A model generated the notes under the pieces. The model made no database searches. It had not been told where the DNA came from and saw only the letters and a program-made list of their open reading frames with translations. A stretch of DNA of 32,000 nt from Nitrosococcus oceani ATCC 19707. GTDB taxonomy: Bacteria; Pseudomonadota; Gammaproteobacteria; Nitrosococcales; Nitrosococcaceae. The translations under genes were made by a program, and so were the position numbers. Below, one piece after another: positions 16,937 to 25,333 of the stretch. Numbering within the stretch: the first letter of the stretch is position 1; each line of letters opens with the position of its first letter. Where the stretch lies: the NCBI RefSeq assembly GCF_000012805.1, contig NC_007484.1, positions 510,001-542,000 of the forward strand, in the 5' to 3' direction.

Positions 16937-17113
16937 TCAATCGGTAGCGTCTTCCATGCGATCACCTGCATCCTCCATGCGATCACCTGCATCTTCCATC
17001 GTTTGGTCTATATTCTCACCCGCACGCTCAGCCGGTCCCTCTTGTTCACAGCCGCTTAGCCAAGCACTTCCCGAAAGAAGTAGGGCAATGATTACAAGCT
17101 TAATTTTCATCAT
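16937..17113 (-). CDS. Small acidic lipoprotein (58 aa) with tandem MEDAGDR repeats
   Basis: My own translation is MMKIKLVIIALLLSGSAWLSG-CEQEGPAERAGENIDQTMEDAGDRMEDAGDRMEDATD*. The SD is 'agagagga' and the lipobox is LSGC. It is below the track cutoff. Track ORF 16734..17138 (+) is its antisense shadow. Confidence 0.75.
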   Translation of the reverse strand: MMKIKLVIIALLLSGSAWLSGCEQEGPAERAGENIDQTMEDAGDRMEDAGDRMEDATD

Positions 17114-17265
17114 TTTTATGATCCTCTCTATTTCATAGGGGTTTAAAAGATTAGTTTATTACTACGAGTTTCTAAAGAACAATAGTTTATTTTTTAAATA
17201 TTTCAAGCTAATTATAAATAGACTGGCCATCTTTATAAATTTCTTCCTTATTTGCAACCTCCTTA

Positions 17266-18141
17266 TTATTTCGACGCAGGAATGGTTAGCTTAGTCCCCA
17301 CCGATAATTGGTTGGGATTTTTGATCTTGTCCTTGTTTGCCTTGTAAATCAAGCGCCATTTATTGGCATCGTCGTAGACTCTCGCGGCAATAGTAGAGAG
17401 AGAATCACCCTGTTGAACAGTGATTAATTTTGAGTTAATTCCTTCTCCTTCCTGGCCTTTTCCCGAAGGTTTGGGTTGTTCTGATTGAATGGGAGGAAGT
17501 TTGGTAGATTTAGAGCGGGAAGAGTCCGTGTTCCCCAGCTCTTCCGCTGTTGGAACTTTTCCTCTCTCGTAAGGTTCCTTGGAGGTTTGTTCAAATGTGT
17601 CTTCCTTATTTGGGGTGTCGGCCTGTTCAGGGGGTGCCTGGGCAGGCATCTTATCCTCCCGCGCTAGCTGTGGAGAAGACTCTCTGGATTTCTCGAATTC
17701 AGCCTTCTCTTCCTCCCTATTTAATTCCTCTAAAATCGCGGCAAATTCGTCCTTTTCATCTTCTGGCGTGGTTTTCTTTTCTTTAGGAACTGATTTATAT
17801 TTTTGATCGTCCGCAGCTAGTTCAGTAGATCCGGGTTCCGTGGATTTAGTTGCACTTACTTGTGGAACGAGTGCATCATTATCCTTGTTGCTCACCTTTA
17901 CTTCTTCATCCTGGCGTCCAAGGTATACCCACACCGCACCTGTTGCTAATACTACAATCAATAAGAGCACAATGACTATGGATAAAATTCCACCGTGGCT
18001 TTTAGCGGGTCCGTACACAAAGGATTTAGGGGTGGACCGGCGGTAGTGGCCATGAATGTTGGGTCTAGAATGGGCCATACTTATTCCAATAGTGTTTTTT
18101 AAGTCAGTTAAAGTAGAAATAAGAGATAAATAGACTTTCAT
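17266..18141 (-). CDS. Membrane-anchored LysM domain protein (YgaU/Kbp-like C-terminal LysM)
   Basis: The C-terminus 'ITVQQGDSLSTIAARVYDDANKWRLIYKANKDKIKNPNQLSVGTKLTIP' is a LysM domain. There is one TM helix and a low-complexity acidic linker. An alternative start is MAHS at 18078. Confidence 0.85.
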   Translation of the reverse strand: MKVYLSLISTLTDLKNTIGISMAHSRPNIHGHYRRSTPKSFVYGPAKSHGGILSIVIVLLLIVVLATGAVWVYLGRQDEEVKVSNKDNDALVPQVSATKSTEPGSTELAADDQKYKSVPKEKKTTPEDEKDEFAAILEELNREEEKAEFEKSRESSPQLAREDKMPAQAPPEQADTPNKEDTFEQTSKEPYERGKVPTAEELGNTDSSRSKSTKLPPIQSEQPKPSGKGQEGEGINSKLITVQQGDSLSTIAARVYDDANKWRLIYKANKDKIKNPNQLSVGTKLTIPASK

Positions 18142-18859
18142 TTTTATCTTCCCTATTTTTTTAATATTCTATTGAGACGTAATAAATTTATAGTACAATC
18201 AAACTGTTTTTGCAGTTAAGATTTTTTTAGGTGCGAGATGCAGGCCCTTAATAGTGAGCAGTCCTTGAGCCTGATAAATGTGTCGGAAGTTAGTGAGTTA
18301 CATTTTTGATGGTGCTAAAAACCATCCGAGTTGAAAATATTAAATAGATTTGGCTTCTCAGATAGGTAACCAGTAATAAATTTGGACTTGCTAGATGCAA
18401 GATATATACGCTATGGGCGAATCATCCGGTAATTAATATCTTCATCCTCAGCGATACCCCGGACCCAGGTATCTGGGTGGAAGAGGAGCTGCATTGGCAC
18501 TGGATGCGCCAGGATTTAAATTCTCACGCCCTATTAATAGGGATCTATCAATCCCTGTTTCTATGTATACACGCAGTATTCACTCCAACCGACGCTTTTG
18601 AGAGAAAGGGCTATTCCTGATCCCGGAAGAGACCTGGCCACCACCGGTACTTGTCTTACTGCATGAAACGCTTGCCAGCCTACCTGTTCAAGAGAAATGC
18701 TGTTTATTCTCTGATCTAGAGCCCTAAAAACCCTATCCATTGAGTTATCTAATACCGGCTAGAGAATAAAAGTCTAGACTATATAAAGGATAAAAGCTCG
18801 TAAATTATTGAGCAATGATTTAAATGACCCAAGCTAATTTTTGAGATAGGAAAAAAGAT

Positions 18860-19939
18860 ATGATCCAACTAGATGAAGCACAGAATCGCTATCGAAAAAA
18901 CTTTATTATGATACTGTTGGTATCCATTCTGGCAGTATTTTTAGTGATGATTCATGAGTACCTTATTGCCATTCTTTTAGCGATTATTTTCACAGCCCTG
19001 TTGTATCCTGTTTATGCTTGGATTTTAAAGAAATTTAATGGCAGACAGGTGCTGTCGTCAATGACTACGATCCTGTTAGCTATTCTAATGATAGGCCTGC
19101 CGTTGCTAGGTTTGCTCGGCGCCGTAGCTGCCGAAGCAATTCAAATTAGCAATAGCATTGCCCCCTGGATAGAGAAAAAAATTCCTGATCAGAACGCCTC
19201 CCCCCTCCACGAATTTCCACAGTGGCTGCCGTTTGCTGATCAGCTTGAGCCTTATAGAACGCGGATTTTAGCTAAAGTAGGGGAGTTTGCCGGTAATGCA
19301 GGCGCGTTTATCGCAAGTGGAATTTCTAAGGCCACCCAAGGCACGATCGGTTTCATAGTAAATTTTTTCATTATGTTATATGCCATGTTCTTCTTTTTTA
19401 TATGGGGGCCGGATTCGCTTATTAACTTAATACGTTATCTTCCCCTTACTGAAAAAGACCGTTCCCATATTCTTGAAAAAGGACTTTCAGTTACAAAGGC
19501 GACCTTAAAGAGTATTCTCATCATTGGGGTATTACAGGGAATCCTAGTAGGGCTCGCCTTCTGGGTAGCTGGGATTAAAGGGGCTATCTTTTGGGGTACC
19601 ATCACGGTAGTGCTTTCTGCGGTTCCCGGGCTCGGTGCCCCCGTTGTTTGGATTCCAGCGGTAATTTATTTGATAGCTACGGATCAAATAGGTTGGGCCA
19701 TTGGGATGACGTTATGGGGGATAATTATCGTAGGCTTGGTGGATAACATCCTGCGTCCTCGAATTGTGGGCAGCGAGGCCAAAATGCCTGATTTGCTGAT
19801 TTTGCTAGCTACTTTGGGTGGTATTCTTATGTTCGGAATGGTGGGTGTTATTGTAGGTCCTATTATTGCTGCCTTACTAATCACTGTGCTTGATATCTAT
19901 GGAAAAGTATTTACTAATCTTTATTCCCAGGCGGAATGA
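18860..19939 (+). CDS. AI-2E family transporter (PerM/UPF0118)
   Basis: A polytopic protein of 359 aa with a typical C-terminal block (VDNILRPRIVGSEAKMPDLLILLATLGGILMFGMVGVIVGPII). Confidence 0.85.
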   Translation: MIQLDEAQNRYRKNFIMILLVSILAVFLVMIHEYLIAILLAIIFTALLYPVYAWILKKFNGRQVLSSMTTILLAILMIGLPLLGLLGAVAAEAIQISNSIAPWIEKKIPDQNASPLHEFPQWLPFADQLEPYRTRILAKVGEFAGNAGAFIASGISKATQGTIGFIVNFFIMLYAMFFFFIWGPDSLINLIRYLPLTEKDRSHILEKGLSVTKATLKSILIIGVLQGILVGLAFWVAGIKGAIFWGTITVVLSAVPGLGAPVVWIPAVIYLIATDQIGWAIGMTLWGIIIVGLVDNILRPRIVGSEAKMPDLLILLATLGGILMFGMVGVIVGPIIAALLITVLDIYGKVFTNLYSQAE

Positions 19940-20068
19940 CTTAGCAATAGTAGTTGCTTTCTTTCATTAAGTTATCCCTATGATTTCTGGTTTTGCCAGT
20001 TCTCTTAACTAAGGGTTTACCTGTATAGAATTATCCTTCTAGAGTGAATATCCTTAAAAAGGATGCTC

Positions 20069-20086
20069 GTGATTGAGTTCAATCAC
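20069..20086. promoter_or_regulatory. Perfect 8-2-8 palindrome GTGATTGA-gt-TCAATCAC, candidate operator
   Basis: Read directly. It lies ~140 nt upstream of the Met/His-rich repeat protein gene. Confidence 0.3.
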
Positions 20087-20223
20087 TTTGAGGTCAAGGA
20101 AAAGGAGGAATTTGAAGATCAGTAAAAAGATTAGAACCTTTAAGGGAATTGCAATCCTTTAATTCCAAATAGCGGAAGCTATAGAAGGTATATTGCTAAC
20201 TGATGAAAATGAGGAATCAGCTC

Positions 20224-20535
20224 ATGAAAAAGATAAATTCGCTTTTAATTTCCGCCGTTGCTTTATCGCTTATGCTAGCAAGCACAGTACTATCCGCGGA
20301 GCAGCATAAGGGCATGGAAGGCATGGATAAAGGCCAGCATAAGGGCATGGAAGGCATGGACAAGGGCCAGCAACATAAGGGTATGGAAGGCATGGACAAG
20401 GGCCAGCATAAGGGCATGGAAGGCATGGATAAAGGCCAGCATAAGGGCATGGAAGGCATGGACAAGGGCCAGCATAAGGGCATGGAAGGGCAGGAAGAGC
20501 CTACCTCTCGTAGCCGGGGAAATTATCCTGATTAA
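20224..20535 (+). CDS. Periplasmic Met/His-rich tandem-repeat protein (candidate metal, e.g. Cu(I), binding)
   Basis: The SD 'gagga' lies before ATG 20224 and there is a signal peptide (...STVLSA-EQ). Six repeats of QHKGMEGMDKG follow. The track start at 20203 is also possible. Confidence 0.75.
   Translation: MKKINSLLISAVALSLMLASTVLSAEQHKGMEGMDKGQHKGMEGMDKGQQHKGMEGMDKGQHKGMEGMDKGQHKGMEGMDKGQHKGMEGQEEPTSRSRGNYPD
20302..20490 (+). repeat. Tandem 33-bp coding repeat (5 full units, one of them 36 bp, plus a partial sixth)
   Basis: The unit is 'cagcataagggcatggaaggcatggat/caaa/gggc'. Units differ only at a few synonymous positions and by one extra CAA. Confidence 0.95.
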
Positions 20536-20572
20536 CTAGACCTTTATTTTCTTTCTTAGCCTAGATATAAGC

Positions 20573-20609
20573 AGCAAAGGTCTGTCCGCTAAGCGGGGAG
20601 ACCTTTGCT
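20573..20609 (+). terminator. Long stem-loop after the repeat-protein gene
   Basis: A perfect 11-bp outer stem (agcaaaggtct / agacctttgct) plus an inner ccgc-taa-gcgg stem. Confidence 0.6.
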
Positions 20610-20641
20610 TAATAAAGGGAACGCTGCATTTAGCAACGATA

Positions 20642-21784
20642 ATGCATGTACAGAAGAAGATTACGCACCAAAAAATAATTCGTTATGTTTCTCTGCTAGT
20701 ATTAGTTTTTATTCCTGCCTTGCTCATTGCTTCTACTAAAACCCTTCCTCCTGATTTTTACCAGCAGGTGAATCATTTTCTCACAATCAAGCAAAATATG
20801 AGCAAGCCGCTGGTTCTAAAAGCTCATCAAATCGTACAACGAATTGTCAAAACTACTGAAAGCAGGGAAGGCTTCGTCCAGAAAGTAAAGGAATTAAAAG
20901 CTTATCTCCGAATCATATGTGATTTATCCCAGTTGCAAACCCTTCAACGGGCGCTTCTCCTTGAAGAAGAAATTAATTCTCACATTGAGTCTTGGAATAA
21001 AGAAATTAAACGCAGGCGCGGTACAATCGCCTGGACGGCAATAGCACTGGGCGCCCTTATTGGCTTGCTCATCGTTATCTTTAGAGCCATTCGAGAAGAT
21101 AGACTAGAGTTAGAGCATCTTCGGAAAATGGGTATTGATGTACTCATCTGGGCGCCTCTTACTATTGGTGGCGGGCTAAGCGTGGGGAATGTGATTGCTG
21201 TAAAAGAAGTAGAACATAACCCGATGCTCTTGGTACATCCAGCTGAATTGATAAGGGCTCATTCTGGAGATGTGGCTACCTATGAGATTGAATCTCAATT
21301 GAAAGCATTTTTAGCAACAAAAGATAAATCGTCCCGTTTCCAAGAAATACAAAAAAAAATCCAAGCCTTGCATTCCAAGGCTCCCGAACGAGTGAGTTCG
21401 AGAATACGGTATATGAAAAAGGTAATAGAACATGCGCCCCAAGAAGAATTGGGAATCTCCAAAAAAGAGCAGTGGGAACGGCTAGAAACCCTACAAAAAA
21501 GTCTTTCTAGCGAGTTTTCCTCAGCTTCAACATCAATTTCTTGGTGGGATGAGTTACGCTATTTCCTTAGCGATTATAGCTATAAGATTGCAATAGTCGG
21601 CGCCATCTTAGGGGCCATTATTTTTCTCCTCCCCTTGTGCTTCAGCAATGGATGGTCCTGGCCATACGCGATCCTGCTTCTTGTGATTGGCCTCAGCGTG
21701 GGTTTATCCCTGGGCCAGATGGGGGCAGAACTCATAAAGAAAGAAACACCCCAGGAAATTCTTTACCATGAGGCCGCATTCTGA
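20642..21784 (+). CDS. Hypothetical membrane protein with central coiled-coil-like region
   Basis: Track ORF of 380 aa. It has an N-terminal TM, internal TMs (AWTAIALGALIGLLIVIF) and two C-terminal TMs. No family recognised. Confidence 0.65.
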   Translation: MHVQKKITHQKIIRYVSLLVLVFIPALLIASTKTLPPDFYQQVNHFLTIKQNMSKPLVLKAHQIVQRIVKTTESREGFVQKVKELKAYLRIICDLSQLQTLQRALLLEEEINSHIESWNKEIKRRRGTIAWTAIALGALIGLLIVIFRAIREDRLELEHLRKMGIDVLIWAPLTIGGGLSVGNVIAVKEVEHNPMLLVHPAELIRAHSGDVATYEIESQLKAFLATKDKSSRFQEIQKKIQALHSKAPERVSSRIRYMKKVIEHAPQEELGISKKEQWERLETLQKSLSSEFSSASTSISWWDELRYFLSDYSYKIAIVGAILGAIIFLLPLCFSNGWSWPYAILLLVIGLSVGLSLGQMGAELIKKETPQEILYHEAAF

Positions 21785-21799
21785 AGAAAGCTTGAGAGA

Positions 21800-22076
21800 T
21801 TGGAGTTTCGCCATGATGGATAGCAGTTTTGTTCCTACAAAACCTCATCCGCCTGGAGAATTCGCGCTTCAATGGGTGCCTTGGGCTGGCCACGACTTAG
21901 CGCGCAAGGCCCTCAGTTGGGTATCACCCTCCACGCGCATCACTTCTCCTCCTCCCGAGGATAGGTCGCGCTATTGGCAACGGGAAAATCATAGCGCCAA
22001 TTCATGGCAAAACGCAAGTAACCTGGCCCTCGCGCTCGCAGCAAAGCTACGCTTCGCACGCTCGCTAGGGGGTCGT
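21800..22076 (-). mobile_element. Miniature tnpB-less derivative (MITE/PATE-like) of the IS200/IS605-family element at 27604-29062
   Basis: The reverse complement aligns to both ends of the full element. A 50-nt left-end block (22075-22026 vs 27634-27683) matches at 41/50 by hand count. About 160 nt (21957-21800) align with 28913-29062, and similarity stops at the shared 'aaactccaa'. Confidence 0.65.
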
Positions 22077-23192
22077 TCACCATCCATGGAGAACTCCAAC
22101 GCCCCGAAATTGCCGGTGTTCGTCAATTTCCAGAACGAGATCGGCCCGCCCTGGCATTTCATCCAACAGGTATTCCGTCAGCCGTTGAAAGTGCATAATA
22201 AAACGCCGCAGTTCTGATGCGCTCATGGCGCGCCGCTCTTCTCTATTGCTCTGTCCGTGCCGCAACGCTTGGGCAAGCTGCTGTTCCTGCTCTAGCCGCT
22301 GCCTATAAACTACCTCGAAGGTAGGTATTTCAAGAAAGAGTAGGGCATCCAATAAACCGAACAATTGCGCATACTCATTTTCCAGCATCCCATTGACATA
22401 ATGGCGCCACGCGCCTTCCTGATCTTCCCGTGCCTCCAGAATGTTAACAGGTTTAGTCAGGCGCGGCGCAGGCTCTGGCCTGGCTCCCACACACCACCCT
22501 TCAAACAAAATAATGGCCGGTTTTCCTTGAAAAGCGGTCCATTTCTCCCGCGGCAGAGGATTATCCATGGCCTTATCAAAAACCGGCAGCAAGGTTACGG
22601 TGTCTGGGTCCGCCCTTTTCACGGATGTCAAAATTTCCATGGCCAGCGATACATCATGCGTCCCTGGCACCCCCCGGGTCTGGAAAAGAGGGTGAACCTG
22701 ATCCGCTAAGCGGAGGCGCTCAGTCTGGCTAAGGTAAAAATCATCCATGGATAAAATAGCCGTCCGCTGGTCAAAACCGGCCTCAAGAATAATCTGAAGC
22801 AAGCCGCAAAGGGTAGATTTGCCTGATCCTTGAGCCCCGCTTATTCCAAGGACTAACACTTCCTTGGAATTTCTTGCTCTCTGCATTATTATCCAGTGGG
22901 CTAAGGGGAGATAAATCCGCCAGAGAGTTTCTAGTGGCGGAGGATTTAACCGCAACTGCTGGCATCTAGCCTTAAAGGTGGGATAAATTAAGGGTAGCAG
23001 ACGGCATTTAGTTGCTAGCCGCTGCTGGGTGCAGGTTGTCGTCCTGGAGGCACCCCAGAATCGGCCTGTATCCCTTTCTAATCGCTTTAAGAGCAAATGG
23101 GCGTGGGCATCGAGATCAACAAATTTCTTCCCTTCTCCTAGCCTGCGGAGAACATCAAAGACTAATTCATCCGCTTCAATCAATTCGGACAT
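22077..23192 (-). CDS. P-loop kinase of the plant/cyanobacterial D-glycerate 3-kinase (GLYK, COG4240) type
   Basis: The Walker A motif is 'GISGAQGSGKSTL'. It is followed by 'LSMDDFYLS', 'FQTRGVPGTHD' and 'ILFEGWCVG', as I remember for this family. Confidence 0.7.
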   Translation of the reverse strand: MSELIEADELVFDVLRRLGEGKKFVDLDAHAHLLLKRLERDTGRFWGASRTTTCTQQRLATKCRLLPLIYPTFKARCQQLRLNPPPLETLWRIYLPLAHWIIMQRARNSKEVLVLGISGAQGSGKSTLCGLLQIILEAGFDQRTAILSMDDFYLSQTERLRLADQVHPLFQTRGVPGTHDVSLAMEILTSVKRADPDTVTLLPVFDKAMDNPLPREKWTAFQGKPAIILFEGWCVGARPEPAPRLTKPVNILEAREDQEGAWRHYVNGMLENEYAQLFGLLDALLFLEIPTFEVVYRQRLEQEQQLAQALRHGQSNREERRAMSASELRRFIMHFQRLTEYLLDEMPGRADLVLEIDEHRQFRGVGVLHGW

Positions 23193-23277
23193 CTTCGATC
23201 CTCTTTTCTCTCCAGGTAAATTGTAAAATGCTATGATTCGTTATTGAACATACAATTGTCCTAGAGGAGCTGGTCCC

Positions 23278-24768
23278 TTGTCATCGCCAACCCATGAGAC
23301 TTTCGCCCATTCCATCCCCAAGGGTAAACTCGTTAAAGCCTTCAGCGCGTTTCTTTCCCCAGAAACTATTCTTTTTGAAGAGGAAGATTTGCGCCCCTAT
23401 GAGTGTGATGGGCTTTCTGCCTATCGCGTCCTCCCCTGGATGGTAGTATTACCGGAAACAGTCGAGCAGGTCCAAAAAATCTTGCAAATTTGCCATAGTT
23501 GGGATATCCCGGTGGTGGCGCGAGGGGCGGGTACCGGCCTTTCCGGTGGAGCCTTACCCCTGAAAAACGGTGTGTTACTCAGTCTTGCGAAATTTAACCG
23601 TATTCTTGCTATTGACCCTATTAGCCGCACGGCCCGAGTGCAACCGGGGGTGCGAAACCTAGCCATTTCTGAAGCAGCTGCCCCCGCCGGGCTCTATTAC
23701 GCCCCTGATCCCTCTTCGCAAATCGCCTGCACCATTGGTGGCAATGTGGCAGAAAATTCTGGCGGCGTCCACTGCCTTAAATATGGTCTCACGGTTCATA
23801 ATATCCTTGGATTAAAGATGCTGACCATGACGGGGGAGGAGATTTCCCTGGGAGGTGAAACCCTTGATTCTCCTGGCTATGATCTCCTGGCCCTCATGAC
23901 GGGATCGGAGGGGCTGCTTGGGGTCATCATCGAAGTCACGGTCAGGCTTTTGCCCCTCCCCGAGCGGGCCCAGGTGATTTTGGCGGCCTTCGATAACGTG
24001 GCCAAGGCAGGCGCCGCGGTAGGAGGGATTATCAGCGCGGGTATTATCCCCGGGGGCTTGGAGATGATGGATAATCTGGCGATCCGGGCCGCCGAGGATT
24101 TTGTCCATGCAGGCTATCCCCAGGAAGCCGCCGCCATTCTGCTATGCGAGCTAGACGGTACCCAGGCGGAGGTTTCTCATCAGATCCGCAAAGTCCGGGA
24201 ATTGCTGCTGAGCCATGGCGCCATCGAAATTCGCACAGCCCTGGATGAGCAAGAACGGGCAAAATTGTGGCAGGGGCGTAAGGCGGCCTTCCCGGCTGTT
24301 GGCCGCCTGGCACCCGACTATTACTGCATGGATGGGACCATTCCCCGTAACCGCCTGCCCCAGGTCTTAGAACGGATTAACGAGCTTTCTCAAGAGTTCA
24401 ATCTTCCCGTGGCTAACGTTTTTCATGCGGGGGACGGAAATCTGCACCCTCTCATTCTCTATGATGCTAATCGCCCTGGCGAGCTGGAGCGGGCTGAACA
24501 GCTTGGGGCTAATATCCTGGAGCTTTGTGTTGCCGTTGGCGGTACTATCACGGGTGAACATGGGGTAGGAATAGAAAAAATTAACCAGATGTGCATCCAA
24601 TTTGGCACCGCTGAACTACAACAATTTCACGCCCTCAAAGCTGCCTTTGATCCCAAGGGCCTGCTTAATCCGGGGAAAGCCGTTCCTACTTTGCATCGCT
24701 GTGCCGAATTTGGGGCCATGCATGTCCATCAAGGTAAACTTCCTTTTCCAGAATTGGACAGATTTTAA
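23278..24768 (+). CDS. glcD: Glycolate oxidase subunit GlcD (FAD-linked oxidase)
   Basis: The TTG start has the SD 'gaggag' 9 nt upstream. The N-terminus is GlcD-like (PYECDGLSAYRVLPWMVVLPETVEQVQ...VVARGAGTGLSGGALP). The length matches at 496 aa. Confidence 0.85.
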   Translation: MSSPTHETFAHSIPKGKLVKAFSAFLSPETILFEEEDLRPYECDGLSAYRVLPWMVVLPETVEQVQKILQICHSWDIPVVARGAGTGLSGGALPLKNGVLLSLAKFNRILAIDPISRTARVQPGVRNLAISEAAAPAGLYYAPDPSSQIACTIGGNVAENSGGVHCLKYGLTVHNILGLKMLTMTGEEISLGGETLDSPGYDLLALMTGSEGLLGVIIEVTVRLLPLPERAQVILAAFDNVAKAGAAVGGIISAGIIPGGLEMMDNLAIRAAEDFVHAGYPQEAAAILLCELDGTQAEVSHQIRKVRELLLSHGAIEIRTALDEQERAKLWQGRKAAFPAVGRLAPDYYCMDGTIPRNRLPQVLERINELSQEFNLPVANVFHAGDGNLHPLILYDANRPGELERAEQLGANILELCVAVGGTITGEHGVGIEKINQMCIQFGTAELQQFHALKAAFDPKGLLNPGKAVPTLHRCAEFGAMHVHQGKLPFPELDRF

Positions 24769-24804
24769 GTCAAGATCCGATTAATAAAGGCCACGCTAAA
24801 CACT

Positions 24805-25197
24805 TTAACTTAGCGAGCTGCCATTGCCATAGGGTCGGGTGATAATTTCGAGGAGGTGTCCGTTAGGGTCCTCAAAGTATACGCCTCGACCGCCGTCGTT
24901 GTGGTTGATTTCACCTGATCGGTTTTGGCCTGGATCGGCCCAATAAGGAATATTGCGCTCGCGAAGGCGGGCGAAGATTTCATCAAACTCGGTTTCTGTA
25001 ATAAGGAAAGCGTAGTGTTGCGAGGCGATCTCGCCATCGGTTTCGTAGAAATCCAAATTTACCTTGTTATCCATCTCAACCACCAGGAACGGGCCGAAGG
25101 GTTTAGCCTCAGGTAGTCCAAGTATCTCAGTCAGAAATTTTGCCGATTGCTCCTGGTTGTGTGACATCACAATGGTATGGTTGAGTTGCACAGCCAT
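24805..25197 (-). CDS. VOC (glyoxalase/bleomycin-resistance/dioxygenase) family protein
   Basis: ATG 25197 has the SD 'aaggagag'. The sequence is MAVQLNHTIV...HYAFLITETEFDEIFARL...GRGVYFEDPNGHLLEIIT. The track start at 25263 is an extension. Confidence 0.8.
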   Translation of the reverse strand: MAVQLNHTIVMSHNQEQSAKFLTEILGLPEAKPFGPFLVVEMDNKVNLDFYETDGEIASQHYAFLITETEFDEIFARLRERNIPYWADPGQNRSGEINHNDGGRGVYFEDPNGHLLEIITRPYGNGSSLS

Positions 25198-25333
25198 AGC
25201 GCTCTCCTTTATTTTAATCTTAAAAGATGCACGGGACTTTACTCCTCTGGACAGCTTAAGCATTAATAAGTTTAGAAACGCTTTGAAATATTTTAAATAC
25301 CCAGCCTAAGAAGGCGGGCGTCAATATGGCCGT

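Noticed and set aside
16734-17138. Track ORF 16734..17138 (+), 134 aa with SSMRSPASS repeats
   Set aside because: It is the antisense shadow of the small lipoprotein gene (16937..17113, minus). It also crosses a perfect terminator hairpin.
18366-18620. An 84-codon open frame (no usable start) in a GC-richer patch between the LysM and AI-2E genes
   Set aside because: It could be a gene remnant (..WANHPVINIFILSDTPDPGIWVEEELHWHWMRQ..). It has no start codon and no recognisable domain, so it is left unannotated.
20217-20483. Minus-strand ORFs 20217..20483 and 20290..20475 over the 33-bp repeats; also the idea that the repeats are a CRISPR array
   Set aside because: These ORFs are repeat-induced antisense reading frames. 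The units are contiguous with no spacers and are in frame with a signal-peptide-bearing gene, so this is not CRISPR.
21351-21359. A9 tract inside ORF 20642..21784 as a possible phase-variation site
   Set aside because: The run encodes QKK in frame in AT-rich DNA, where such runs are expected by chance. There is no evidence of variation from a single sequence.
21768-22217. Track ORF 21768..22217 (+), 149 aa
   Set aside because: It spans the miniature IS derivative and overlaps the 3' end of the kinase gene on the other strand. It has no SD and no family resemblance.
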